Source: Aulosira sp. ZfuVER01 (GTDB taxonomy: Bacteria > Cyanobacteriota > Cyanobacteriia > Cyanobacteriales > Nostocaceae). From it: 64,000 nucleotides of DNA. Shown here piece by piece: positions 11,176 to 20,963 of this stretch (positions within the stretch are counted from its first letter, which is position 1; every line of letters starts with the position of its first letter). The stretch covers positions 42,404 through 106,403 of the forward strand of contig JAVRCV020000043.1 in NCBI GenBank assembly GCA_034530615.2. The letters run 5' to 3'. Both the position numbers and the translations under genes were made by a program. A model generated the notes under the pieces. The model had not been told where the DNA came from. It was given only the letters and a program-made list of their open reading frames with translations, and ran no database searches.

Positions 11176-11775
11176 ATGAACCTAGCAGCAGCTGTGCCCT
11201 GGATTCGCTTCACTTCTTTATCACTCATAGCAACCCTTAGTTTGCTATCACCTGTTAATGCTCAGGTAATCAAGTTACCGAGCAATAACCAAGCACAACC
11301 TATTGACCCCAACAATCCAAATACTCTGCGTCCTGTAGCGCAAAACACTACCCTATTGAGCATTGACAGCGGCCAGCGTCTTCTCAAAGAAGCAGAAGGT
11401 GCAGTTTCTAGTCAACAATATGATGTAGCTGCCAAGAAACTCCAAGAAGCACGTCAGGTTTTCAATCAGCTATCTAATTTTTATCAGGATCTCAATTCTA
11501 GTTTTTCTGGAATTGACCTCAGAGTTTCTGATTCTCAGCGAGACAAAGCTAGACAGACCGCGCAATTGCGAGATGAAGCTACCTATAGGCTGGCATTGGT
11601 ACATCGAGCACAAAATCAATCAGAATTAGCCGTACCTTTGCTCATACAAATTATCAAGAGTCAAAGCCCCACAAGGGATTTAGGCAAGAAAGCCTACCAG
11701 CAGTTATATGAGTTAGGTTTTGTTGATGCACCCTATCCGCGGCAAGGTGGTAGTTCTTCTTCATCCCAAAAATAA
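11176..11775 (+). CDS. Conserved exported hypothetical protein (helical/TPR-like)
   Basis: Signal-like segment ending VNA-Q, then a helical domain; ATG at 11176 chosen. Confidence 0.7.
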   Translation: MNLAAAVPWIRFTSLSLIATLSLLSPVNAQVIKLPSNNQAQPIDPNNPNTLRPVAQNTTLLSIDSGQRLLKEAEGAVSSQQYDVAAKKLQEARQVFNQLSNFYQDLNSSFSGIDLRVSDSQRDKARQTAQLRDEATYRLALVHRAQNQSELAVPLLIQIIKSQSPTRDLGKKAYQQLYELGFVDAPYPRQGGSSSSSQK

Positions 11776-11978
11776 GCAAATATAGCAATCTTCTCGTTTG
11801 TTAAAGTCATGGCGGCTGAATGTCCGGTAGGATAGAGTTATCTACCGTCCGTAGAGGCATTCTGACCAACATTTGCCTAGAGCGCCTCGTTCCTTAGTCT
11901 TGCCAAAAAGTGCAAGTAGTAAAGGCGATCGCTCTATATCTGTTTAATAATAGAAAAGAAGTTTTTTCAGGAATTGCG

Positions 11979-12236
11979 ATGATTAGTCCGCAGCAGGTTG
12001 AGGAAATGATCAAAGCGGAACTGCCAGATGCCCTGGTTCAGGTGCAAGATTTGACTGGTGGTGGGGACCACTATCAAGTGACAGTAGTTTCATCGCAGTT
12101 TGCAGACAAAAGACTGGTGCAACAACACCAGCTAGTGTACGGTGCGTTGCGGCAAGCTATGTCAACTGAAGCGATTCATGCTTTGGCAGTAAAAACTTAT
12201 ACTCCCGAAGCGTGGCAGACAACAGCCGCCTCTTAG
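11979..12236 (+). CDS. bolA: BolA family protein
   Basis: [18 protein letters not shown] motifs; adjacent to grxD. Confidence 0.93.
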   Translation: MISPQQVEEMIKAELPDALVQVQDLTGGGDHYQVTVVSSQFADKRLVQQHQLVYGALRQAMSTEAIHALAVKTYTPEAWQTTAAS

Positions 12237-12339
12237 CAGTTTCAATAATGACTGTTGAACGCCAGTAGCACGCCAGTCGCGGTCACTACGGGCACTGGCT
12301 CCTCTCGACTTATAAGCAAAAGCAGGAAACAGAAAAACC

Positions 12340-12663
12340 ATGACGCCAGAACTCAAAGAGAAAATTGATAACTTGGTACAACAAAACAAGATTTTGGTTT
12401 TTATGAAAGGAACCAAGTTGATGCCCCAATGTGGTTTCTCAAACAACGTTGTGCAAATTCTTAACACTTTGGGTGTTCCCTTCGAGACTGTTGACGTTCT
12501 CTCAGACTCCGAAATTCGTCAAGGAATCAAAGAATATTCCAATTGGCCAACAATTCCCCAAGTGTTTATTGATGGTGAATTCGTTGGCGGTTCAGACATC
12601 TTAATTGAACTGTACCAAAAAGGCGAATTGCAACAATTAGTAGAAGTAGCACTTGCTTCGTAA
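12340..12663 (+). CDS. grxD: Monothiol glutaredoxin Grx4
   Basis: PQCGFS, WPTIPQ, GGSD motifs. Confidence 0.96.
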   Translation: MTPELKEKIDNLVQQNKILVFMKGTKLMPQCGFSNNVVQILNTLGVPFETVDVLSDSEIRQGIKEYSNWPTIPQVFIDGEFVGGSDILIELYQKGELQQLVEVALAS

Positions 12664-12729
12664 AAACATCAGTATCCTTGAGTGCTAAACCAAAGGATAT
12701 ATTACGTTATCAAATTTTAAGTAATCCAG

Positions 12730-12767
12730 AAAAATGTGAGGGAATTTAAATTCCCTCACATTTTTTA
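12730..12767. terminator. Intrinsic terminator after grxD
   Basis: AAAAATGTGAGGGAATTTAAATTCCCTCACATTTTTTT, perfect inverted repeat with T-tract. Confidence 0.8.
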
Positions 12768-13571
12768 TGACAGGGCGAGAGAACACCGCAAAAATAAGGT
12801 TTCCAAGCTGAGGGGTTCAACCCATCAATTTATTGACCCACAACATAATTAATTCCAAGACGAGATAACTACAAAGATTGAATAAATTACTTTTTGGTAT
12901 TCCCTAATCAGTTGTCAGCGAACATTGACAACTGATGTTTGTATTGTGGAGGATGTTGAAATTTTGCGGCGAGTGCAAATTTAGGGTTGTTTTCCATTAC
13001 TCAATCCCCAGTACCCAATCCCCAATTCCTTTGAAAATGCAGAATTCCGTACCACTCTTGGAAATACTGAGGCGGCAATGACTTGGTATTAGCACTTCAG
13101 CGTTACTACTAACGCACTGATTATGACAATCACTTACTCTACTTACCAAATATTCCCTAGAGAAAAATTAGCAATTTGTCAGGATAGTACTTCTATCCCC
13201 GTGTAGATATAGGTATGCCGATTATGAACATGATTTTTACTGAAATATGTTTATACCACGTTACTTTTGTAACAGTCAAGTCCCATCAAAATTGAAATGT
13301 TGAAAATGTATTTCAAAGCTTAAAGGCTAGCTGTAGATGTGAATAGCTATTGGTTCAATCAGAGTGCTACAGCCGCCGACTATTTCGGTAGTCATGTTTC
13401 AAAAACCATCAGTACAGTTTTTTTTAGATTTTTTTTAAAAAAACCGTAATGTTACCCTCAACCGTGTTAGTTCATCTTGAATCACGGGAACAATAGCAAC
13501 AGTTAATTAGCTGACCTTAATTTTTAGCTGACCGTAATCTATTGTTACCTGGAGCCATTGAGACGATCTTT

Positions 13572-14819
13572 ATGCCAGCAACATCTTTTTACGCAGATGC
13601 CCCCTACAATGCCCCAAAATCCCAGCATATCCTAGACCGAGATCTAACGGTTGATGATGAGTTACCTGTAGACGATTTACAGGATTTGGAGTTGGCTTCT
13701 GTTGATCCTGCTCATTTTGCTGCTAACACCAACCGTAGGAGTACAGACTTAGTACGCCTATATCTTCAGGAAATTGGTCGGGTTCGGTTGTTAGGCCGAG
13801 ATGAGGAAGTTTCAGAAGCGCAAAAAGTCCAACGTTACTTACGTATGCGGATAGTACTTGCTAATGCCGCCAAACAAGGAGATGCAGTAATTGAGCCTTA
13901 TCTGCGCTTAATTGAAGTTCAGGAGCGTCTAGCATCTGAATTGGGACATCGCCCGTCTTTGGAAAGGTGGGCTAGCACTGCTGGTGTGAACGTGTCGGAT
14001 TTGAAGCCAATTTTGTCAGAAGGCAAGCGTCGTTGGGCGGAAATTGCCAAGATCACAGTGGAAGAACTGGAGCAAATTCAATCTCAAGGACTCCAGTCTA
14101 AAGAACACATGATTAAGGCTAACCTTCGCCTGGTGGTGTCTGTTGCCAAGAAGTATCAAAATCGCGGTTTGGAATTGTTGGATCTAGTCCAAGAAGGCAC
14201 ACTGGGCTTGGAGCGAGCTGTCGAGAAATTTGACCCAACTAAGGGTTATCGCTTTAGCACCTACGCCTACTGGTGGATTCGTCAGGGAATTACAAGGGCG
14301 ATCGCAACTTCTAGCCGCACCATTCGCCTACCTGTTCATATTACTGAAAAGCTGAACAAAATCAAAAAAGCCCAACGCAAAATTGCTCAAGAAAAAGGTC
14401 GTACTCCCACACTGGAAGATTTGGCTGTTGAGTTAGAAATGACTCCTACCCAAGTACGAGAAGTTTTGTTGCGGGTACCTCGCTCCGTTTCTCTAGAAAC
14501 CAAAGTGGGTAAGGATAAAGACACAGAGTTAGGAGAATTACTCGAAACTGATAGTGTCACCCCAGAAGAATTATTAATGCGAGAATCTTTACAAAGAGAC
14601 TTGCAGCATTTGTTGGCTGATTTAACTAGCCGCGAACGTGATGTCATTCTCATGCGGTTTGGTTTGGCAGATGGTCATCCTTACTCTTTAGCTGAAATTG
14701 GACGCGCACTTGATTTATCGCGGGAACGAGTACGGCAAATCGAATCCAAGGCTTTACAAAAGCTACGCCAACCAAAGCGACGTAACCTGATCCGCGACTA
14801 TTTAGAATCTCTCAGCTAG
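13572..14819 (+). CDS. sigC: Group 2 RNA polymerase sigma factor SigC
   Basis: RRSTDLVRLYLQEIGR, ANLRLVVSVAKKY, RFSTYAYWWIRQ; located upstream of furA as in Anabaena. Confidence 0.9.
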   Translation: MPATSFYADAPYNAPKSQHILDRDLTVDDELPVDDLQDLELASVDPAHFAANTNRRSTDLVRLYLQEIGRVRLLGRDEEVSEAQKVQRYLRMRIVLANAAKQGDAVIEPYLRLIEVQERLASELGHRPSLERWASTAGVNVSDLKPILSEGKRRWAEIAKITVEELEQIQSQGLQSKEHMIKANLRLVVSVAKKYQNRGLELLDLVQEGTLGLERAVEKFDPTKGYRFSTYAYWWIRQGITRAIATSSRTIRLPVHITEKLNKIKKAQRKIAQEKGRTPTLEDLAVELEMTPTQVREVLLRVPRSVSLETKVGKDKDTELGELLETDSVTPEELLMRESLQRDLQHLLADLTSRERDVILMRFGLADGHPYSLAEIGRALDLSRERVRQIESKALQKLRQPKRRNLIRDYLESLS

Positions 14820-14849
14820 TGGTCTATGTCATTAGTTCGCCAGGTGAAA

Positions 14850-14910
14850 TAAGTTCGTAGTCAGCACTTTAGTGCTTAAAATCTAAGATTGAAGTCTTAA
14901 CTACGAACTT
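14850..14910. repeat. Inverted repeat/small dispersed repeat after sigC
   Basis: AAGTTCGTAGT...ACTACGAACTT arms. Confidence 0.65.
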
Positions 14911-15184
14911 CACTAACTCATCAGTAACCGAGTTGCTTGATCCCCGTTGCCAAAATCTCTCTTTAGTTTATGGCAAATAATTTTCATTTAAGTAGACTAG
15001 AGTTTTGCGGACTCTACTTTCAAGATGCTTTGATCGCGGGGATCATCTATTACTTTTGGTTTATGAATATTTCATGATTATTATTCAGTCTTTAGTAAAA
15101 ATTCTCAATAAGCTATGGTTGTTGCAAATTGCTCTAAATATTTGCTATATTCTCAACTATTAGGCTTTGTTGAGAAAAATTAGT

Positions 15185-15640
15185 ATGACTGTTTACACAT
15201 CTAGTTCACTCAAAGCAGAGTTAAACGATCGCGGCTGGCGTTTAACTCCCCAACGAGAAACAATTCTACACATTTTCCAAGAACTTCCGCAAGGTGAACA
15301 CCTCAGTGCTGAGGATCTTTATCATCGGCTAGAAACTGACGGTGAAGGAATAAGTCTGTCAACTATTTATCGGACTTTAAAGTTGATGGCCCGGATGGGT
15401 ATTTTACGGGAATTAGAACTGGGGGAAGGACATAAGCATTACGAACTTAATCAGCCTTACCCCCATCACCACCATCACCTCATCTGTGTCAGATGTAACA
15501 ATACAATTGAGTTTAAAAACGATTCAATTTTGAAAATAGGAGCGAAAACTGCTCAAAAAGAAGGTTTCCATCTTCTTGATTGTCAGCTAACTATCCATGC
15601 AGTCTGTCCCAAATGCCAAAGGGCGCTAATGCCGTTATAG
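15185..15640 (+). CDS. furA: Ferric uptake regulator FurA
   Basis: GWRLTPQRE, HLSAED, HHHHHLICVRC, CPKC; closely resembles Anabaena FurA. Confidence 0.95.
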   Translation: MTVYTSSSLKAELNDRGWRLTPQRETILHIFQELPQGEHLSAEDLYHRLETDGEGISLSTIYRTLKLMARMGILRELELGEGHKHYELNQPYPHHHHHLICVRCNNTIEFKNDSILKIGAKTAQKEGFHLLDCQLTIHAVCPKCQRALMPL

Positions 15641-15769
15641 TACCTGGGTGGGATAACAAGGTAGAGCCTCAATCTAACCACAATATGGAATTTTGAGCAG
15701 TTTCTTATTCGCTGTTATCGGAGGTAGCAACTAGTTGGGGACATCTTACTGCCAGTACCTAAGCGGATG

Positions 15770-16951
15770 CTAAAAGCGTCCGCTTCTTATATCACTAAGG
15801 CTGATACCGTAAAATTCTTGAGCTTGTTTGATTGCTTTTTTGGTATCTTCTGCCATTACACCGTTAAGTTGACCTTTGTAAAAGCCCTTTTCGTGTAATC
15901 GCCGTTGAATTTCCAACACACTAAACTCACTCTTGGGAGTATTACTCACTAAGCTATATAACTTAGCTCTGGTAGTTGGGCCAGCGATACCACTGGGTGC
16001 TAAGTAATTAGCAGCTTGAAATCGGCGGACAGCATCTGCCGTATAGGGGCCAAAATAGCCATTTGGTTCTCCCTGTAAATATCCGGCTTTAATCAATTGT
16101 TCTTGGAGAACGCGAACTGGTTCACCGCGATCGCCCATACGGAGTTTATCGCGATCGACCAATGCTTTAGGAGCATCTTCGCCACCACCAATATCAGTTG
16201 GCGGTAGTTTTGCTAGTGTTGCAGGTCCGACAACGCCATCAGCATCTAACTTGTAAGCCGTTTGGAATCGCTTGACTGCTTCTTCAGTAATCGGCCCAAA
16301 TATGCCTGTGGCGTTACCGTAGTAGAATCCAGCAACTCGCAACCGTTCTTGCAAAACTCTAACATTTTCACCTTCATCACCTCGAGAAAGGTAATTAGGA
16401 TTGCTGCGCTTGGTAGCTGGCGTAGTTGATGCAGTAGCAACAACTGTTTTTTTAGCTGTTGTATTTGTGGTAATTGGTTTTTTGGTTTGTGTAGTACTTA
16501 CAACTGTTGGTTTAGTACTGGGTTGTCTCACCCCTGTATTTGTACTTACAGCTTTAGGCCGCCAGCTTTGTAATTTTTGCAGTGTAGTTGTGTTGACGAT
16601 ACCATCTACTGGTAAACCTGCTGCTTTTTGGAAGCGACGGACAGCATCTTCTGTGGGGAAGTCGTAGATTTGAGTAATGGGAGCTTGATAAAAACCTACT
16701 GTACGCAACCGTTGTTGTAGATTCCTGACAGAAGGGCCTTGATCGCCTCGTTCTAATGCCATGACACTACTAACGGCGCTGAGAATAGACAAAGTGAGGG
16801 CAAGAGGTAACATATACCTCCAAGCCCTACCAGAAAGCCTTTTCCAGTCTGGTGTTGCTGCTTTGTTAAACAAAGCACTCAGGGAAACCAATTCACTGGG
16901 TTGGCTGTCTTCGTAAGCAAAAGCTAGGTGGAAATACGCGAGGTTGTCCAT
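15770..16951 (-). CDS. Peptidoglycan-binding domain protein (Alr1690-like)
   Basis: Repeated PG_binding_1 units (GD.G..VR.LQ..L...G...T..AV.RFQ); convergent with furA. Confidence 0.88.
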   Translation of the reverse strand: MDNLAYFHLAFAYEDSQPSELVSLSALFNKAATPDWKRLSGRAWRYMLPLALTLSILSAVSSVMALERGDQGPSVRNLQQRLRTVGFYQAPITQIYDFPTEDAVRRFQKAAGLPVDGIVNTTTLQKLQSWRPKAVSTNTGVRQPSTKPTVVSTTQTKKPITTNTTAKKTVVATASTTPATKRSNPNYLSRGDEGENVRVLQERLRVAGFYYGNATGIFGPITEEAVKRFQTAYKLDADGVVGPATLAKLPPTDIGGGEDAPKALVDRDKLRMGDRGEPVRVLQEQLIKAGYLQGEPNGYFGPYTADAVRRFQAANYLAPSGIAGPTTRAKLYSLVSNTPKSEFSVLEIQRRLHEKGFYKGQLNGVMAEDTKKAIKQAQEFYGISLSDIRSGRF

Positions 16952-16960
16952 ATCCGGTTC

Positions 16961-19900
16961 TTACACCACTGTTTGTTCTTCTATCGTTGCTTCAGCTTGA
17001 TGTACAAGACTTCGTAACATTTCTAATGTTTGTGTATTTACATCCTGCCATAAACCGCGTTGGTATGATTCTAATAGTCTCTCAGCAATATCACGCAATG
17101 CCCAAGGATTTTTTTTGTAAATAAAATCTGACACAATCGGATCGAGTAAATAAGCTTGTAATATGCCGTGATACATATAGTCTCCCACACATTGAGCCGT
17201 TGCATCATAGGCAAATAGAAAATCCATTGTGGCTGCCATTTCAAATGCTCCTTTATAACCGTGGCGCATCATTCCTGCAATCCACTTAGGATTAACTACA
17301 CGAGAACGATACACCCTGGCAATTTCCTCTTTGAGTTGGCGGACTCGTGGTTGAGCAGTAATAGAATTATCACCAAAATAAGTTTGGGGGTTTTTTCCTT
17401 GAAGCGATCGCACTGCGGCGGTTAAACCACCCTGAAATTGGTAGTAATCATCAGAATCAAGCAAGTCGTGTTCGTGGTTATCTTGGTTATGTAAGACAGC
17501 TTGTGTTTGCATCAAACGCTGCTTTAAGGCTTCAGGTGCGGCAATTGGGGATGAGGAAGAATAAGCATAAGAACTCCAGTTGATGTAAGCACGAGCTAAA
17601 TCCTCGTCATCTGTCCAATTTTGCGATTCAATTAAGCCTTGTAATCCTGCACCGTAAGCACCTGGTTTAGAACCAAATATACGGTAGCGCGATCGCACAA
17701 TTGCTTCTTCTGAAGTTAAACCTTGTTCTGTCCAAAAATCAGTATCTTGGCGAACTTGTGCTGCTAGCGGGTTTTCTTCTGGTGATTCGTCTAATGCTGC
17801 TACTGCTTGTACAGCTGAGTCAAATAAATCAATCAAGTTGGGAAAAGCATCTCGGAAAAACCCAGAAATTCTTAAAGTAACATCAACACGCGGTCTTCCT
17901 AAAACTGACAGCGGTAAAATCTCAAAATCTACTACGCGCCGTGCTGCACCATCCCATACAGGTTGCACACCCAACAACGCTAACGCCTCAGCAATGTCAT
18001 CACCTCCAGTCCGCATAGTAGCTGTTCCCCATACAGATAAAGCTAGTGTTTTGGGATACTCACCATTATCTTGGGTATAACGTTCAATTAAGGTTTCTGC
18101 TGCTCTTCTTCCGATATCCCAGGCTGTCTCTGTAGGTAAGGCGCGAATATCAACAGAGTAAAAGTTTTTACCTGTGGGTAAGACTTCTGGGCGTCCGCGT
18201 GTGGGTGCACCAGATGCAGCACTTTGAATATATCTACCATCAAGTCCGCGTAACAAGTTGGTAATTTCTTGGCTGGTTTTTTGCAATGCGGGGAGGAGTT
18301 TTGCAGCGATCCAGTTAATAACAGTGCTGAGTGCTGAGTTGTGAGTTGTGAGTTGTGAGTTATTAGCAATTAGTTGTTCGACGAGGAAGGCGGCGTGGTC
18401 TTCTAAGATTTCAATAGCATCACCGATAGTGTGACAGGATTGGAGTTTTGCTAAAGGTGCAGAAGAAGATTTTGGTAAGGTGAATTGATCGCGGAAGTCG
18501 GCTGTTAAGGGATCGAAATCTAAACCCCAATCTTGAGTTAAGGCGCGGGTAATACCGATGGAATGGCGATTGGGGATGCGGGCAATCGCTACTATTAAAT
18601 CGCGTAATTGTCGTCCTTGAGGACATTGCCCAAAAATGTGCAATCCGTCACGAATTTGGGCTTCTTTTAATTCGCAAAGATAGCCATTTATGGAATTTAA
18701 AATTAAAATTTCAAAATTTAAAATATCTTGTTCATTCTTAATGCCTAAATCTTGATGTAAATTTTCTTGAACAATTAGTTCGCGGATGCGATCGCGAATC
18801 ATTGGCAGTCTTACCGGATCTAAACTTTCAGCTTCGTAATACTCATCAATTAAATTCTCCAGTTGTTGCAGTGAACCATATAGTTCTGCACGAGTCATTG
18901 GAGGTGTTAAATGGTCAATAATTACGGCTTGAGTACGGCGTTTAGCTTGTGAACCCTCACCAGGATCGTTGACAATAAATGGGTATAAATGAGGCATCGG
19001 CCCTAAAGCAACTTCTGGATAACAATTACTTGATAACGCCAGACTTTTACCCGGAAGCCATTCGAGATTTCCATGTTTTCCTACATGAACCACAGCATCC
19101 GCAGCAAAACATTCCCTCACCCAATAATAAAAAGCTAAATAAGCGTGGGTTGGTTCCAAATCCGGTGCATGATAACTCAAACTGGGGTCAAGATCGTAGC
19201 CTCGTGCCGGCTGAATTCCCACGAAGACGTTACCGAGTTGAATTCCGGGGATGGGAAAGGAGGACAAGGGGACGCGGGGACGCGGGGACGCGGCGAAATT
19301 TTGATTCTCCACGTCTCCCTGTCTCACCATCTCCGCGTCCTCTTCTAATCCCCAGCGTTGAGAAATACCTTGCTGTACTGGCTCTGGTAAAGTAGCGAAA
19401 TAATTTTGATATTCGTCCACAGAAAGACTTTGCTGTACTGTACGCCAATCTTTACCTTCTGGATCGTTTGTTACGCCAGCAGTAAGACGTTGAATTAATT
19501 CATCGCTATCAGCAGGTAAATTTTCTACTTGATAGCCAGCTAACTCCAAAGCTTGGAGAATTTCGATACAACTAGCTGGGGTATCCAGTCCTACACCATT
19601 AGCGAGGCGGCCATCACGGTTAGGGTAATTTGCCACAATCAAAGCAATACGCCGTTCTTGGGGTGGCTTGGAACGTAGGCGTACCCAATTAGCTGCCAGT
19701 TGGGTGACGAACTCAATGCGATCGCTTACTGGCTCATAAACTACCACATCTGTTTCTAAATTCTGATTGCGAGCTTGCACTGTTTTAAAAGACACAGCAC
19801 GACTAATAATTCGCCCATCCACCTCTGGTAGTGCCACATTCATAGCAATATCGCGGGGAGAAAGTCCTGACAACTGTAACTCCCACTGCTCAACAGCACC

Positions 19901-20881
19901 ACCACTGAGGATTACCTGCAACACTGGCACATCCAATTGTTCCCACATTTCAACCTGGGGTGTTTCTGTTTCTAGCCGAGCCAGAGAGAAACTAGTGGTA
20001 TTTAGCAGCAGTGCAATTTGTTCTGTATCTTTCGGCTGGAAAAACTCGCTCAACTCAGCTTGGATATCCGGTTCGCGCAATGAAGAAACAAACACTGGCA
20101 CAGGTTGTAAATTTTTCTGTACCAAAGATTGACATAAAGCATCAATTACCTTGGTATTTCCTGACAAATAGTGAGCGCGGTAGAAGAGAATGCCGACTTT
20201 GGGAATGGGAAAAGGGGCATTGGGCATTGGGCATTGGGCATTGATTATTTCTGTGCGTCCCCGTGTCCCCGTGTCTCCTTGTCCCTCTTCTCCTCCCTGT
20301 CCCCCTTGTCCCCTTGTCCCCTTATCCCCTGACTGCCACTCATACAACCCAATACGCGGAACCAACTGCGGCGGTGGGGGATTAAATGAAGTTAACAGGC
20401 AGGTATCAGCAATAAATTCGAGTGCGTTAACAAAATTATCTACACCACCTTGGTTAAAGTATTGCCAGACTTGGTTCACAATATCTAAAGGCACGTTAGA
20501 CTGAGAAATTAACAGGGGATCAAAAGCATCGTCCCCTGGCATTACAATGAGGTTTGTACTATTACGTTGAACAATTTCTTGTACTACTTCTAAGCCGTAG
20601 GCCCAGTAAGAACGTCCTCCTAAGAGGCGCAAAATTATGACTTGGGCATGTTCTAAAACTTGCTCTCCATAAGTGTCTATACTAATTTGTTGCTGTAACT
20701 GTAATAAGTTTGCAACTCTTAAATCAGGGAATGTTGCAGGTAATTTGGGAACAGCAGCTGCCAGAGTTTGAATATCGGTATCAGCAGCCGTAATAAATAC
20801 AAAGGGAGCTGGAGTTTGTTCTAGAAAAATCAGGTCTTCTGACTGATTCCAACCCCCGGATGTGGCACTTACACGATGCAT
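16961..20881 (-). CDS. cobN: Cobaltochelatase subunit CobN
   Basis: 1306 aa; HVGKHGNLEWLPGK, PTGKNFY, RPRVDV, HGYKGAFEM motifs. Confidence 0.96.
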   Translation of the reverse strand: MHRVSATSGGWNQSEDLIFLEQTPAPFVFITAADTDIQTLAAAVPKLPATFPDLRVANLLQLQQQISIDTYGEQVLEHAQVIILRLLGGRSYWAYGLEVVQEIVQRNSTNLIVMPGDDAFDPLLISQSNVPLDIVNQVWQYFNQGGVDNFVNALEFIADTCLLTSFNPPPPQLVPRIGLYEWQSGDKGTRGQGGQGGEEGQGDTGTRGRTEIINAQCPMPNAPFPIPKVGILFYRAHYLSGNTKVIDALCQSLVQKNLQPVPVFVSSLREPDIQAELSEFFQPKDTEQIALLLNTTSFSLARLETETPQVEMWEQLDVPVLQVILSGGAVEQWELQLSGLSPRDIAMNVALPEVDGRIISRAVSFKTVQARNQNLETDVVVYEPVSDRIEFVTQLAANWVRLRSKPPQERRIALIVANYPNRDGRLANGVGLDTPASCIEILQALELAGYQVENLPADSDELIQRLTAGVTNDPEGKDWRTVQQSLSVDEYQNYFATLPEPVQQGISQRWGLEEDAEMVRQGDVENQNFAASPRPRVPLSSFPIPGIQLGNVFVGIQPARGYDLDPSLSYHAPDLEPTHAYLAFYYWVRECFAADAVVHVGKHGNLEWLPGKSLALSSNCYPEVALGPMPHLYPFIVNDPGEGSQAKRRTQAVIIDHLTPPMTRAELYGSLQQLENLIDEYYEAESLDPVRLPMIRDRIRELIVQENLHQDLGIKNEQDILNFEILILNSINGYLCELKEAQIRDGLHIFGQCPQGRQLRDLIVAIARIPNRHSIGITRALTQDWGLDFDPLTADFRDQFTLPKSSSAPLAKLQSCHTIGDAIEILEDHAAFLVEQLIANNSQLTTHNSALSTVINWIAAKLLPALQKTSQEITNLLRGLDGRYIQSAASGAPTRGRPEVLPTGKNFYSVDIRALPTETAWDIGRRAAETLIERYTQDNGEYPKTLALSVWGTATMRTGGDDIAEALALLGVQPVWDGAARRVVDFEILPLSVLGRPRVDVTLRISGFFRDAFPNLIDLFDSAVQAVAALDESPEENPLAAQVRQDTDFWTEQGLTSEEAIVRSRYRIFGSKPGAYGAGLQGLIESQNWTDDEDLARAYINWSSYAYSSSSPIAAPEALKQRLMQTQAVLHNQDNHEHDLLDSDDYYQFQGGLTAAVRSLQGKNPQTYFGDNSITAQPRVRQLKEEIARVYRSRVVNPKWIAGMMRHGYKGAFEMAATMDFLFAYDATAQCVGDYMYHGILQAYLLDPIVSDFIYKKNPWALRDIAERLLESYQRGLWQDVNTQTLEMLRSLVHQAEATIEEQTVV

Positions 20882-20963
20882 AATTCTGTATTACCGCCTT
20901 AAACTGTTGATTACAATACAAGAAAAAACCTTTTAGCCCAGCAGCCAGCCCCTCACTAAATTC

